In this document: positions 1-8,800 of the stretch, piece by piece
Layout: the number at the start of each line of letters is the position of its first letter
Position numbering within the stretch: the stretch's first letter is position 1
Virus record (IMG/VR): IMGVR_UViG_3300020468_000029
Location: 1-35,293 of that record
DNA: 35,293 bases
Origin: a virus
Lineage: Duplodnaviria > Caudoviricetes
Direction: 5' to 3' (one strand)
Position numbers and translations under genes: made by a program
Notes under the pieces: model-generated
The model's database searches: none
Seen by the model: only the letters and a program-made list of their open reading frames with translations
What the model was told of the DNA's origin: nothing

Positions 1-28
1 ACCCACTACACACCGTCTACTTATCGGT

Positions 29-34
29 TATAAT
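29..34 (+). promoter_or_regulatory. Putative early-type promoter -10 box
   Basis: Perfect TATAAT at 29-34, ending 33 nt before the ATG at 68. No recognisable TTGACA upstream, but the window edge limits the view. Confidence 0.5.
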
Positions 35-67
35 AAGTACATAAGCAATTCACCCCCTCTTCCCAAC

Positions 68-424
68 ATGCGTAAAATTGAACAGCAAATGAATTCAGCA
101 ATCCGTTACAAGCAGAATTTCACAAAAGCAAATACAATGGTTCGTTATGACAAAGCAGAGAACATGAGTTCCGTTTACTTACACGGGCATCGCATTGCAG
201 ACTATGACCACAGCAAAGGTAAAGCATGGATCAGTTCATGCGGATGGGAGACAGTCACCACAAAATCCAGACTCAATGCGTTTTTAGATGAGGTTGCTTT
301 CGGTGTATCCGTATTTCAAAAGAACTGGCAGTGGTTCTTAAATGACAACCGCACCGATGCAACGATTGATTTTTATGATCGCATGGTAGTATTTTCCAAA
401 CCTCTCAGCATGTACCTAGTGTGA
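68..424 (+). CDS. Hypothetical phage protein (early region)
   Basis: 118-aa ORF behind a TATAAT box. The motif LHGHRIA...ISSCGWETVTTKSRLNAFL resembles conserved hypothetical proteins of marine phages as I recall them. No function assignable. Confidence 0.8.
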   Translation: MRKIEQQMNSAIRYKQNFTKANTMVRYDKAENMSSVYLHGHRIADYDHSKGKAWISSCGWETVTTKSRLNAFLDEVAFGVSVFQKNWQWFLNDNRTDATIDFYDRMVVFSKPLSMYLV

Positions 425-480
425 CGGTTTAACAACTGTCCATTCGTTACCCCATTCGTATGGGTGGGGTATTATAATAA
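421..480 (+). promoter_or_regulatory. Early promoter cassette with inverted repeats
   Basis: Imperfect inverted repeat GACGGTT (423-429) / AACTGTC (434-440); second inverted repeat TACCCCA (448-454) / TGGGGTA (465-471); TATAAT at 473-478, upstream of the ATG at 506. Confidence 0.55.
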
Positions 481-505
481 TAGTATAAACAAACAATTTC
501 CCTAA

Positions 506-724
506 ATGACCAAAACTCAGACAGTAATGAACAGAATCGTTCAGGTTGACAACTTTCAGAACATGGCATGCATATGTGCAGACTGGGCAGAGTTTGTAAT
601 TGAGTTGGCAGAGTGGGGCGTCGATGGGTGTGCAAAGATTGACTTTGACGACCCAGAGTTAAACGTGCCAATGCTTAATGCGTTTATCAAGTCAGAGAAC
701 GGATATGTGAGAGAGGTGGCATAA
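506..724 (+). CDS. Hypothetical protein
   Basis: 72-aa acidic ORF, co-oriented with its neighbours and preceded by its own TATAAT box. Confidence 0.7.
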   Translation: MTKTQTVMNRIVQVDNFQNMACICADWAEFVIELAEWGVDGCAKIDFDDPELNVPMLNAFIKSENGYVREVA

Positions 725-744
725 GTCATTCGTTCGTGAATACA

Positions 745-784
745 GCAGTTGGGGGCGTTGATGCCCCCCTTATATAAAAACTGC
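745..784 (+). other. GC-rich stem-loop in intergenic element (terminator, ncRNA or ori component; unresolved)
   Basis: GGGGGCG (751-757) pairs with TGCCCCC (762-768) around a TTGA loop. An outer helix GCAGTT (745-750) / AACTGC (779-784) is perfectly complementary. Confidence 0.55.
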
Positions 785-884
785 ATGGGAACCTAACCTA
801 CAAAGTGTTACGAAAGGCACATTTATATTTCATCCATATAGAAAAATTTTTTGCTATATAAAATCATATGCAAGGTTCATTTAG

Positions 885-1058
885 ATGAAAAAAAATTTCG
901 GCCATATTTTTTCGACCATAGAGATCGATCCAGTAACAGATAAGTATCACATTACAATTCCCGAAGAGATTATAAATGAATTCGACTGGTATGAAGATAT
1001 GGATTTGAAATGGAATATCGATGGTGATTTCATAAGTTTAACCATAAAAGATGATTGA
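885..1058 (+). CDS. Small AbrB/MazE/SpoVT-like (swapped-hairpin) DNA-binding protein, 57 aa; not in ORF track
   Basis: Hand translation: MKKNFGHIFSTIEIDPVTDKYHITIPEEIINEFDWYEDMDLKWNIDGDFISLTIKDD*. The segment ITIPEEI...W.ED..L.W.IDGD.I.L follows the AbrB/MazE pattern (xTIPkei...lgl..Gd.v.f....d.i.l). Confidence 0.65.
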   Translation: MKKNFGHIFSTIEIDPVTDKYHITIPEEIINEFDWYEDMDLKWNIDGDFISLTIKDD

Positions 1059-1083
1059 CAACCTGCTATATAAATGGTATGAT
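1055..1083 (+). promoter_or_regulatory. Sigma70-type (host RNAP) early promoter
   Basis: TTGACA (1055-1060), 17-nt spacer, TATGAT (1078-1083), with an extended -10 TG at 1075-1076; 22 nt before the ATG at 1106. Confidence 0.8.
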
Positions 1084-1105
1084 ATGAATGTAACTATTAG
1101 AGATT

Positions 1106-1978
1106 ATGGCTAAAGGATTTACCGTTAAAGCAAAAACACCCACCAAGAAATCAACCAAACCAGAGTGGGATTATGATTTAGCAAAACAATTAATGAAAGG
1201 AAAGGCAATTGTATTTTGTCTACCAGGCAGAGGAGTTTCATATACGTTTTTAAAGAATTTTGTACAACTATGTTTTGATCTTGTACAGGCAGGAGCAAGT
1301 ATACAAATATCACAAGACTATTCATCAATGGTTAATTTTGCCCGTTGTAAGTGTCTTGGTGCTAACGTTCTTCGAGGACCAAATCAAATTCCATGGGATG
1401 GTAAGTTAAAGTATGACTATCAGCTTTGGATTGACTCTGATATTGTTTTTAACTCAGAGAAGTTCTGGCAACTTGTTCTTGATGCAATTCCAGAGGAAGC
1501 AATTACAAAAGAACCTGTTACACAGAAGATTAAAGATGATAAAGGTGAAGAGGTAGAACAAACAGTTGGATATAATTTAACAGTTGATCCAGAAAAAGAA
1601 AAAGAAATTGTTGCAGGATGGTATTGTACCGAAGATGGTAGAACTACATCGGTAGCACACTGGTTAGAAGAAGATGATTTTCGTAGCAATGGTGGTGTGA
1701 TGAATCACGAGACTATCGAAAGTATATCAAAACGTAAGAAGCCGTTCACCGTAGACTATACAGGTTTCGGATGGTTACTGATTAAGAACGGTGTATTTGA
1801 ACATGAAGATTTACCTTATCCATGGTTTGCACCAAAGATGCAGGTATTTGAATCAGGTGAAGTACAGGATATGTGTGGAGAAGATGTAAGCTTCTGTTTA
1901 GATGCCAAAGAAGCAGGATTTGATATCTGGTGTGATCCTCGTATTCGTGTAGGGCATGAAAAAACAAGAGTTATTTAG
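1106..1978 (+). CDS. GT-A fold glycosyltransferase-like protein, conserved in T4-like cyanophages
   Basis: DxD motif in YDYQLWIDSDIVF, VDYTGFGWLLIK, GEDVSFC and C-terminal IWCDPRIRVGHEK are GT2/GT-A hallmarks. Confidence 0.75.
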   Translation: MAKGFTVKAKTPTKKSTKPEWDYDLAKQLMKGKAIVFCLPGRGVSYTFLKNFVQLCFDLVQAGASIQISQDYSSMVNFARCKCLGANVLRGPNQIPWDGKLKYDYQLWIDSDIVFNSEKFWQLVLDAIPEEAITKEPVTQKIKDDKGEEVEQTVGYNLTVDPEKEKEIVAGWYCTEDGRTTSVAHWLEEDDFRSNGGVMNHETIESISKRKKPFTVDYTGFGWLLIKNGVFEHEDLPYPWFAPKMQVFESGEVQDMCGEDVSFCLDAKEAGFDIWCDPRIRVGHEKTRVI

Positions 1979-2123
1979 AATTCGCATCGGCACAAAAGTC
2001 CTTCATGATAGACTGACACAGGATGAGTATCTTGATAAGATACAGACTGTTGCAGAAGATTTTTATGAAGGTGACATTCCTAACGGAACAGCAATTACTA
2101 CAGAAATTATTAACGACGATTAA
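1956..2123 (+). CDS. Small acidic hypothetical protein, 55 aa; not in ORF track
   Basis: Hand translation: MKKQELFRIRIGTKVLHDRLTQDEYLDKIQTVAEDFYEGDIPNGTAITTEIINDD*. It overlaps the GT gene end and stops 2 nt before the next ATG. Confidence 0.65.
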   Translation: MKKQELFRIRIGTKVLHDRLTQDEYLDKIQTVAEDFYEGDIPNGTAITTEIINDD

Positions 2124-2125
2124 TT

Positions 2126-2269
2126 ATGGCAATGAAATCTCTGGGATTTACAAGTGGAGGAGTTGACTCCAGACCGAAGAAATCTCGACAAGGAAAGGGG
2201 AAACACTCAAAATACTCGGCAACCTCCCGTAACTCGGCTCGTAAAAGATACAGAGGGCAGGGAAAATGA
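2126..2269 (+). CDS. Small highly basic protein, 47 aa, ending KRYRGQGK; not in ORF track
   Basis: Hand translation: MAMKSLGFTSGGVDSRPKKSRQGKGKHSKYSATSRNSARKRYRGQGK*. 14 K/R versus 1 acidic residue; ATGA overlap with the next ORF. Confidence 0.75.
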   Translation: MAMKSLGFTSGGVDSRPKKSRQGKGKHSKYSATSRNSARKRYRGQGK

Positions 2270-2418
2270 ACTGTTGGCACTGTGGAACCGAATTAATTTG
2301 GGGTGCCGATCACTCTATGGAAGATATAAATGATGGAGAAGAGTCAGAATATGATTTCTTCTCCAATTTTACATGTCCGAAATGTCAATCTTATGTTGAA
2401 GTTTTTCATCACAAATAA
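2266..2418 (+). CDS. Small Zn-ribbon protein (CxxC...CxxC), 50 aa; not in ORF track
   Basis: Hand translation: MNCWHCGTELIWGADHSMEDINDGEESEYDFFSNFTCPKCQSYVEVFHHK*. ATGA overlap upstream and TAATG overlap downstream indicate translational coupling. Confidence 0.75.
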   Translation: MNCWHCGTELIWGADHSMEDINDGEESEYDFFSNFTCPKCQSYVEVFHHK

Positions 2419-3137
2419 TGTCTACTCTAATTACGAATTTACCCTCCTATGAGGTATGGGTAAGAAAAGAATACTTAACCGACCACAAGAGTGGTCATGG
2501 TGAATTTGTTAAAGGTGTATGGGTATCAGCTAAGAGTATACCTGGTCGTGCCTTTTATTTTGAAACTTATCTACCTGAGTATGCTGCAATGTTTGATAAG
2601 TTACCAATTTCTGCGTTTCTCTCGTCCCCAGAAATACCTGATCCTGATATGACTCTTCATAATCTACAGTTCTGGAACTGTATGGACTATGGGGTTATTG
2701 CTGTTCAGAAGCAGTTTATCGGTTCGATGCACTATGAAGTCTATACAAGAGACTATGGCAACCAGACGGGCACGTACATATGTACTCTTGACAACTATCA
2801 TTCGGATGTTGATGCCATTGACTACTCAACAAGTGAACAACCTGCCGAACATAAGTCTCATAACCTACTAGAACTTGATAATGGTCAATTTTGCCTCTAT
2901 CCGAACAACAGAATGAGGATCTATGACAACAGTATCACTCCTGAGACACCTAAGATTCCCGATTTTAAGGTATCAACCGTGTACTATCAGGTGGAAAATG
3001 GTCATGATCGTGACGGATTAGGCTCAGAGGACAATTATTTTTGGAAAACATCAAAAGAAAGGCAAGAAAACGAAATTGATACTGCAATTGGGGCAGGAAA
3101 TACTGCAAAAGTCGATGATGCACCAGAATTGGGATGA
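2418..3137 (+). CDS. Conserved hypothetical phage protein
   Basis: 239-aa ORF coupled on both sides. Motifs VWVRKEYL.D...GHGEF, LQFWNC and EHKS.N...LDNGQF..YPNNR are typical of a widespread marine-phage family of unknown function (from recall). Confidence 0.85.
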   Translation: MSTLITNLPSYEVWVRKEYLTDHKSGHGEFVKGVWVSAKSIPGRAFYFETYLPEYAAMFDKLPISAFLSSPEIPDPDMTLHNLQFWNCMDYGVIAVQKQFIGSMHYEVYTRDYGNQTGTYICTLDNYHSDVDAIDYSTSEQPAEHKSHNLLELDNGQFCLYPNNRMRIYDNSITPETPKIPDFKVSTVYYQVENGHDRDGLGSEDNYFWKTSKERQENEIDTAIGAGNTAKVDDAPELG

Positions 3138-3475
3138 AAGACTTTGCATTAGGTGATCATTTACTTTTAGACATATATGATGGGACATTTAATGACTTAA
3201 ATAGTCCCAATTTTCTTCGTAAAGTGTTCACAAAAGCAATTTTAATCTCAAATATGAATATTTTAAACGAATATACGCATAAATTTAGTCCTTGTGGTGT
3301 TACATTACTCTTTGCACTTTCCGAAAGTCATGTTTCTTGTCATACTTGGCCTGAAATCGGGTGTTTAACAGCAGATTTCTTCACTTGTGGTGAAAATAAC
3401 CCTAAAATTGGATCTGAGTATGTAATCGAGTGCCTAAAATCTGAAAAATATAAATTACGACTGATACAAAGGTAG
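3134..3475 (+). CDS. speD: S-adenosylmethionine decarboxylase proenzyme (pyruvoyl-dependent), auxiliary metabolic gene
   Basis: Self-cleavage motif LSE/SHVSCHTWPE (E64-S65), N-terminal G.H...D, HKFSP.GVT and DFFTCG. Confidence 0.9.
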   Translation: MKDFALGDHLLLDIYDGTFNDLNSPNFLRKVFTKAILISNMNILNEYTHKFSPCGVTLLFALSESHVSCHTWPEIGCLTADFFTCGENNPKIGSEYVIECLKSEKYKLRLIQR

Positions 3476-3484
3476 AAAAAGTGG

Positions 3485-3492
3485 TATAAATA
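3485..3492 (+). promoter_or_regulatory. T4-type late promoter
   Basis: Exact TATAAATA in the intergenic gap, 19 nt before the gp25 start. Confidence 0.8.
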
Positions 3493-3511
3493 ATAAAAAA
3501 TGCTATGTTAA

Positions 3512-3913
3512 ATGCCTGTAACGAGGATATTTAGATCATATAAGGACATTAGTTTGTCTTTTGAGCCACATCCTGTGACTAAAGATCTACCAATTTTAAA
3601 AAATGAGAACGCAGTGCGTAGATCTGTGCGAAACATAGTGCAAACAATACCAACTGAAAAATTTTTTAATCCGTTATTTGGTTCAGACATATATAAAAGT
3701 TTGTTTGACTTTGTTGATGCTGGTACAGCATCGGTGATTGAAGATCAAATTAAGACTTCTATAAGTAATTTTGAAGATAGAGTAGATAATGTAAAAATTG
3801 AAGTTGATCCTAGACCAGATACCAACGAATTTGAAGTTACTGTAATTTTTGATATTGTTGGCCAAGACTTTCCAACTCAGGAATATTCATTCATATTAGA
3901 GGCAACAAGGTAA
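3512..3913 (+). CDS. gp25: Baseplate wedge subunit gp25
   Basis: YKDISLSF..HPVT.D, AVRRSVRNIV.T...EKFFNP.FGS and I.NFE.RV match gp25/GPW; located directly before gp6. Confidence 0.92.
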   Translation: MPVTRIFRSYKDISLSFEPHPVTKDLPILKNENAVRRSVRNIVQTIPTEKFFNPLFGSDIYKSLFDFVDAGTASVIEDQIKTSISNFEDRVDNVKIEVDPRPDTNEFEVTVIFDIVGQDFPTQEYSFILEATR

Positions 3914-3914
3914 T

Positions 3915-5831
3915 ATGCCTTTCAACAATTACGCTAATCTTGATTACGATCAGATAAAGACATCAATAAAAGACTATTTAAGATCAAATTCCGATTTTGA
4001 TGGATTTGATTTTGATGGTTCAAACTTTTCTGTGTTGATTGACACTCTCGCATACAATACTTATATAACTGCTTTTAACTCAAATATGGTTGTTAATGAA
4101 TCTTTTTTAGATTCTGCAACTTTAAGAGAAAATGTAGTATCACTTGCGAGTAATATAGGGTATATACCAAGATCAAGAACTTCAGCACTAGCTCAGATCA
4201 GTTTTAATGTAAACGTCCCAGATGGTGTAACGTCTGCATCATTACAGCCAGGTCTAGTGTGTACAGGAGATTTAAACGATACTAACTTTACATTTTCAAC
4301 TGTTGATACAATCACTTCATCTGTTAAGGATAATACTGCATCATTCAGTGATATAAACATATATCAAGGCATATATCTAGTCAAAATATTTCAATTTGAT
4401 AACTCTTTAGATCAAAGATTTATACTTGACAACCAAAGCATTGATACTTCATCAATACGTGTATCTGTGAAAAAAGAAGGAGATAATGGAGTTGGAGTTA
4501 AATATTCACTTGTAAATGATATTAATAATATTGATTCTAATTCTAGAGTATTCTTTATTCGGGAAATACAGGATGAAAGATATGAGTTAATTTTTGGTGA
4601 CGGTATTTTTGGTAAAAAATTAGGAACAGAACTTAATGATGATGGTGATATAATTACAGTTCAATATATTACCACTGATGGTGATGATGGAAACGGAGTT
4701 GAAAACTTTACTTTTTCAGGCACTTTAACTAATCAAAATGGTGGAGTTATTACACCAATATCAACTGTTTCGGTTACAACTAATCAATCTTCAATTAATG
4801 GTACAGAAATTGAATCTTTGAGCTCAATTAAATATTATTCACCATTTACTTATTCATCTCAAAATCGAGCTGTAACATCAAGAGATTATGAAACTATAAT
4901 CAAAAAAGTTTTTCCAAATACAGAGTCTGTATCAGTGATAGGTGGCGAAGAACTTGATCCTCCAGAATTTGGAACAGTTAATATTAGTATTAAACCAAAA
5001 AATGGTAGTTTTATTTCTGATTTTTCAAAAAACTTAATTTTATCTGAGTTAAAAAAATATTCTGTTTCAGGAATTAATCAAAAGATAGTTGATTTAAAAA
5101 TATTATATGTTGAAATTGCTTCTTCGGTTTATTATAATAATTCGTTAGTCTCATCATCATCTACTTTAAAAACATCTGTGATTAATTCTTTAAATGCATA
5201 TGCAAACTCTGTACAGTTAAATCAATTTGGTGGACGATTTAAATATAGTAAAGTTTTACAAGTGATTGATAAAACTGACGATGCAATTACATCTAATATT
5301 ACTAAGGTTATAATGAGAAGAGATTTGCAAGCTTCTTTAAATCAATTTGCACAATACGAACTGTGTTTTGGTAATCAATTCCATGTAAATTCTTCTGGAT
5401 TTAATATAAAGTCAACTGGTTTTAATATAAGAGGAGAATCATCAATCGTATACCTTACAGATGTACCAAACTCAGATTTACAAACAGGTGTTCTATCAAT
5501 AGTTAAAGAAAATGTGTCGGGTAACACAAGTGTATTCACCGTCGTAAAACCTGATGCTGGTATTGTTGATTATATTAAAGGAGAAGTAATTCTCACCACA
5601 GTAAATATTACATCAACAGTTAAACCAAATAATATTATTGAGATACAAGCTTTCCCTGAATCTAATGATGTAGTGGGATTAAAAGACTTGTACATCTCAT
5701 TTAGTGTTGCAGATAGTACAATAAATATGGTTAGAGATGTAATATCATCTGGAGATGAAATATCAGGTGTTCAATTCACCAGAGATTTCTACACATCAAG
5801 TTACTCGAATGGATCTTTAAAACGAGCATAA
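3915..5831 (+). CDS. gp6: Baseplate wedge subunit gp6
   Basis: LDYDQIK..IKDYL, DFDGSNFSVLIDTLAYNT, ESFLDSATLRENVVSLA, YELIFGDG and SQNRAVTSRDYE; 638 aa. Confidence 0.95.
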   Translation: MPFNNYANLDYDQIKTSIKDYLRSNSDFDGFDFDGSNFSVLIDTLAYNTYITAFNSNMVVNESFLDSATLRENVVSLASNIGYIPRSRTSALAQISFNVNVPDGVTSASLQPGLVCTGDLNDTNFTFSTVDTITSSVKDNTASFSDINIYQGIYLVKIFQFDNSLDQRFILDNQSIDTSSIRVSVKKEGDNGVGVKYSLVNDINNIDSNSRVFFIREIQDERYELIFGDGIFGKKLGTELNDDGDIITVQYITTDGDDGNGVENFTFSGTLTNQNGGVITPISTVSVTTNQSSINGTEIESLSSIKYYSPFTYSSQNRAVTSRDYETIIKKVFPNTESVSVIGGEELDPPEFGTVNISIKPKNGSFISDFSKNLILSELKKYSVSGINQKIVDLKILYVEIASSVYYNNSLVSSSSTLKTSVINSLNAYANSVQLNQFGGRFKYSKVLQVIDKTDDAITSNITKVIMRRDLQASLNQFAQYELCFGNQFHVNSSGFNIKSTGFNIRGESSIVYLTDVPNSDLQTGVLSIVKENVSGNTSVFTVVKPDAGIVDYIKGEVILTTVNITSTVKPNNIIEIQAFPESNDVVGLKDLYISFSVADSTINMVRDVISSGDEISGVQFTRDFYTSSYSNGSLKRA

Positions 5832-5832
5832 T

Positions 5833-8800
5833 ATGATAGGAACTGGAATCGATACTCGAATAAAAATACAAGATGTTTTAGCAAATCAACTTCCAAAATT
5901 TATTTTGGATGAGAGTCCTTATACAGTTGATTTTTTAAATCAGTATTACATATCTCAAGAGTATCAAGGTGCGCCAATTGATATATCTGAAAATTTAGAT
6001 CAGTATATAAATTTAGATAATTTAACACCTAATGTAATCCAAAATTCCACTACTTCAAGTGGTATCACTACTATTGGTGCTAAGATAATTAATGTTGTAA
6101 GCACAAAAGGATTCCCAAATCAATATGGGTTATTAAAGATTGATGATGAGATAATAACTTATACTGGAATTACAACTAATACTTTTACAGGTTGCAAACG
6201 TGGTTTTAGCGGTATTACTAGCTATCATTCGGACACAAATAAAGAAGACTTAGTATTCAGTTCCTCATCTGCAGCAGAGCATGAATCATCGTCCACAATT
6301 CAAAATTTAAGTGTTTTATTTCTGAAAGAATTTTACCAAAAAATTAAATCTACATTTACACCTGGTTTAGAAAAAACTGATTTCACAGAAAGTTTGAATG
6401 TAGGTAATTTTCTTAAAAATGCAAGAACATTTTATCAAACAAAAGGTACAGATGAGTCTTTTAGAATATTGTTTAATGTTTTATATAATATAAGTCCAAC
6501 TATAATAAATTTAGAAAATAATTTAATAAAACCATCAACAGCAAGATATATTAGATCTGATGTTGCCATAGCTGAAGCTATAAGTGGAGATCCTTTAAAA
6601 TTAAAGGGACAGGCATTATTTAAGAGTGATTTAGGTAATACAAATATTAATACCGCAATTTCTGAAGTTGAACCTTTTACAAGAAATAATAAACAATATT
6701 TTAAATTTAATCTTTTTGTTGGATATGACAATGAATCAGAGATCTCTGAAGATTTTAAATTAATACCCTCCACAAAATGTTTAGAGAACGTATCAATTGG
6801 TGCATCAGTAATTAATGTTGATTCTACAATAGGATTTGGGACTACAGGATCTTTGACATCAGGATTAACCACATTTACTTACGAAGATAAAACAATTAAT
6901 CAATTTTTAAATTGTACAGGTATTAGTTCATCAATAAACAATACCGATTCTATTAAATCGAGTACAAATTATTATGGTTATGAGGATGGAGATCTTTCAA
7001 AAAAAGTTGAACTCAATTTTACTGGTGTTTTAAAAGATTTTGAAACTATTGTTGATTTTGAAGTTGAAGAAAATGATTCTATTTTTGTACGAAATGTTGG
7101 AACTAAAATTATCAATCCATCAAGTAATAAATCATATAAAGAGACTTTTGCAAATTCATGGATATACAATACAAGCTCCACTTATGAAATAGATGAGTTT
7201 TTAAGTAATTCATCTATAACATTAAATTCTGATGTGGATAGATCTAGTCTTAAAGTAGGTGATAAATTTGAATTGTTGAAATCAGGCACGAATGAAGTAG
7301 TGTACCCAATTGTTGAATTAGGTAATAATACTCCATATATAGATGAAATTGTTACAAGAAATTCATTAAGTTTAGCAAATTTTAATTTCTCAAGAGATGA
7401 TAATGAAAAATATAAATTAAGAAGAAAAATTAATAAAGCATCATCATCAAATACATCTCCACAAATAGAATTTGGTAATCAACAGGTCATATCTGATATT
7501 CAGAATTTGTATGTGGATAATGCTGATGAATTTGCTTATGTAGCTTCGAATTCTTTACCCTCATACAATTTTGATTTAATTCAAAAAGACTTTAAGTTTA
7601 CAGATCAAATTACAACTAAAGTATTAAAAAGTACTTTAAATTTAGGAATAAACACTTCAGGAGAGCTTTCAGATTTAAATTCGGATGAAAAGTTTACTTC
7701 AATAATATTTAATGAACCAGTTGAATTTTTAACTGGATCTAAAGTTTTTTATCAACCCACCGGAGAACCTTTAGTAGGACTTGACACAGGATCATATTAT
7801 GTCTCCTTTAATCCTACTGATAATAATAAAAAGTTAAGATTATTTAATTCAAGAACTAGCATTCCTAGTAATTCATTCCTATCATTTACTGCACCCACAG
7901 GAATTAGCACTCATGTTTTTATTTTAGAAAAACATAAGTCAGAAACTATATCTCCTCAAAAACTACTTAAAAAATTTCCATTACAACCAAACATAAAAAA
8001 TGGAATTGGAGAGACTACAAATCCAGGTGGATTGGGTTTATTAATAAATGGTGTTGAAATATCAAATTATAAATCTTTAGATAAAATTTACTTTGGACCT
8101 CTAAAATCTACAAAAGTTTTAAACGGAGGAAGTGAATTTGATATTATTAATCCACCAGAAGTAGTCATTTCTACTGGAATAGGAACTACAGCTTTAGTAA
8201 AACCTAGTTTAAGTGGATCTATAAAAAAAATATTTGTTGATCCTCAAAATTTTGATGTAGAAGAAGTCGTATCAATTGGAGTTACAGGAGGAAATGGTGT
8301 AGGTTGTGTATTAAAACCAATATTGACTGAAAGATTTAGAGAGGTTGTTTTTGATTCTAGAAATTTAACAAATGGTGGTGGTATCAATACGTCTACTAAT
8401 TCAATTATATTTTTAGAAAATCATGGATTTTTAAGTGGTGAGGAAATAACGTACGATTCAAATTTAGGAACTCAAGTATCAACTTCAACAACTTCATTAA
8501 TAAATGGATCAAATTATTTTGTTAAAAATATTAATAATCTTTCTATACAATTATTCAATACGAAAAGTGATTTAGAAAACAATACAAATCAAGTAAATTT
8601 TAAAAATGGTGGGTCAGGATTACAAAAATTTAGAACCAAAAACTCAAAAAACACTTTAAATACTGTTGAAGTATTAAATGAAGGAAAAAATTATAAAAAT
8701 AAAACACTTTTAGTCAAACCAACTGGAATTTCTACTCAATATAATAAAATTAATTTTGTTAATCACAGATTTAATGATGGAGACATAGTTCAATACACTA

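Noticed and set aside
751-780. Plain rho-independent terminator call for the GC hairpin
   Set aside because: Followed by CTTATATAAAAA rather than a U-tract on +, with only a weak tract on -. Kept as an unresolved structured element.
447-786. Minus-strand ORFs 447-671 and 556-786
   Set aside because: Antisense to the promoter-supported + strand gene at 506-724 and to regulatory sequence; no recognisable motifs.
1125-3865. Short alternative ORFs (1125-1328, 1420-1689, 1782-1967, 2689-2871, 3508-3690, 3683-3865)
   Set aside because: All lie within or opposite well-supported + strand genes; they are shadow frames.
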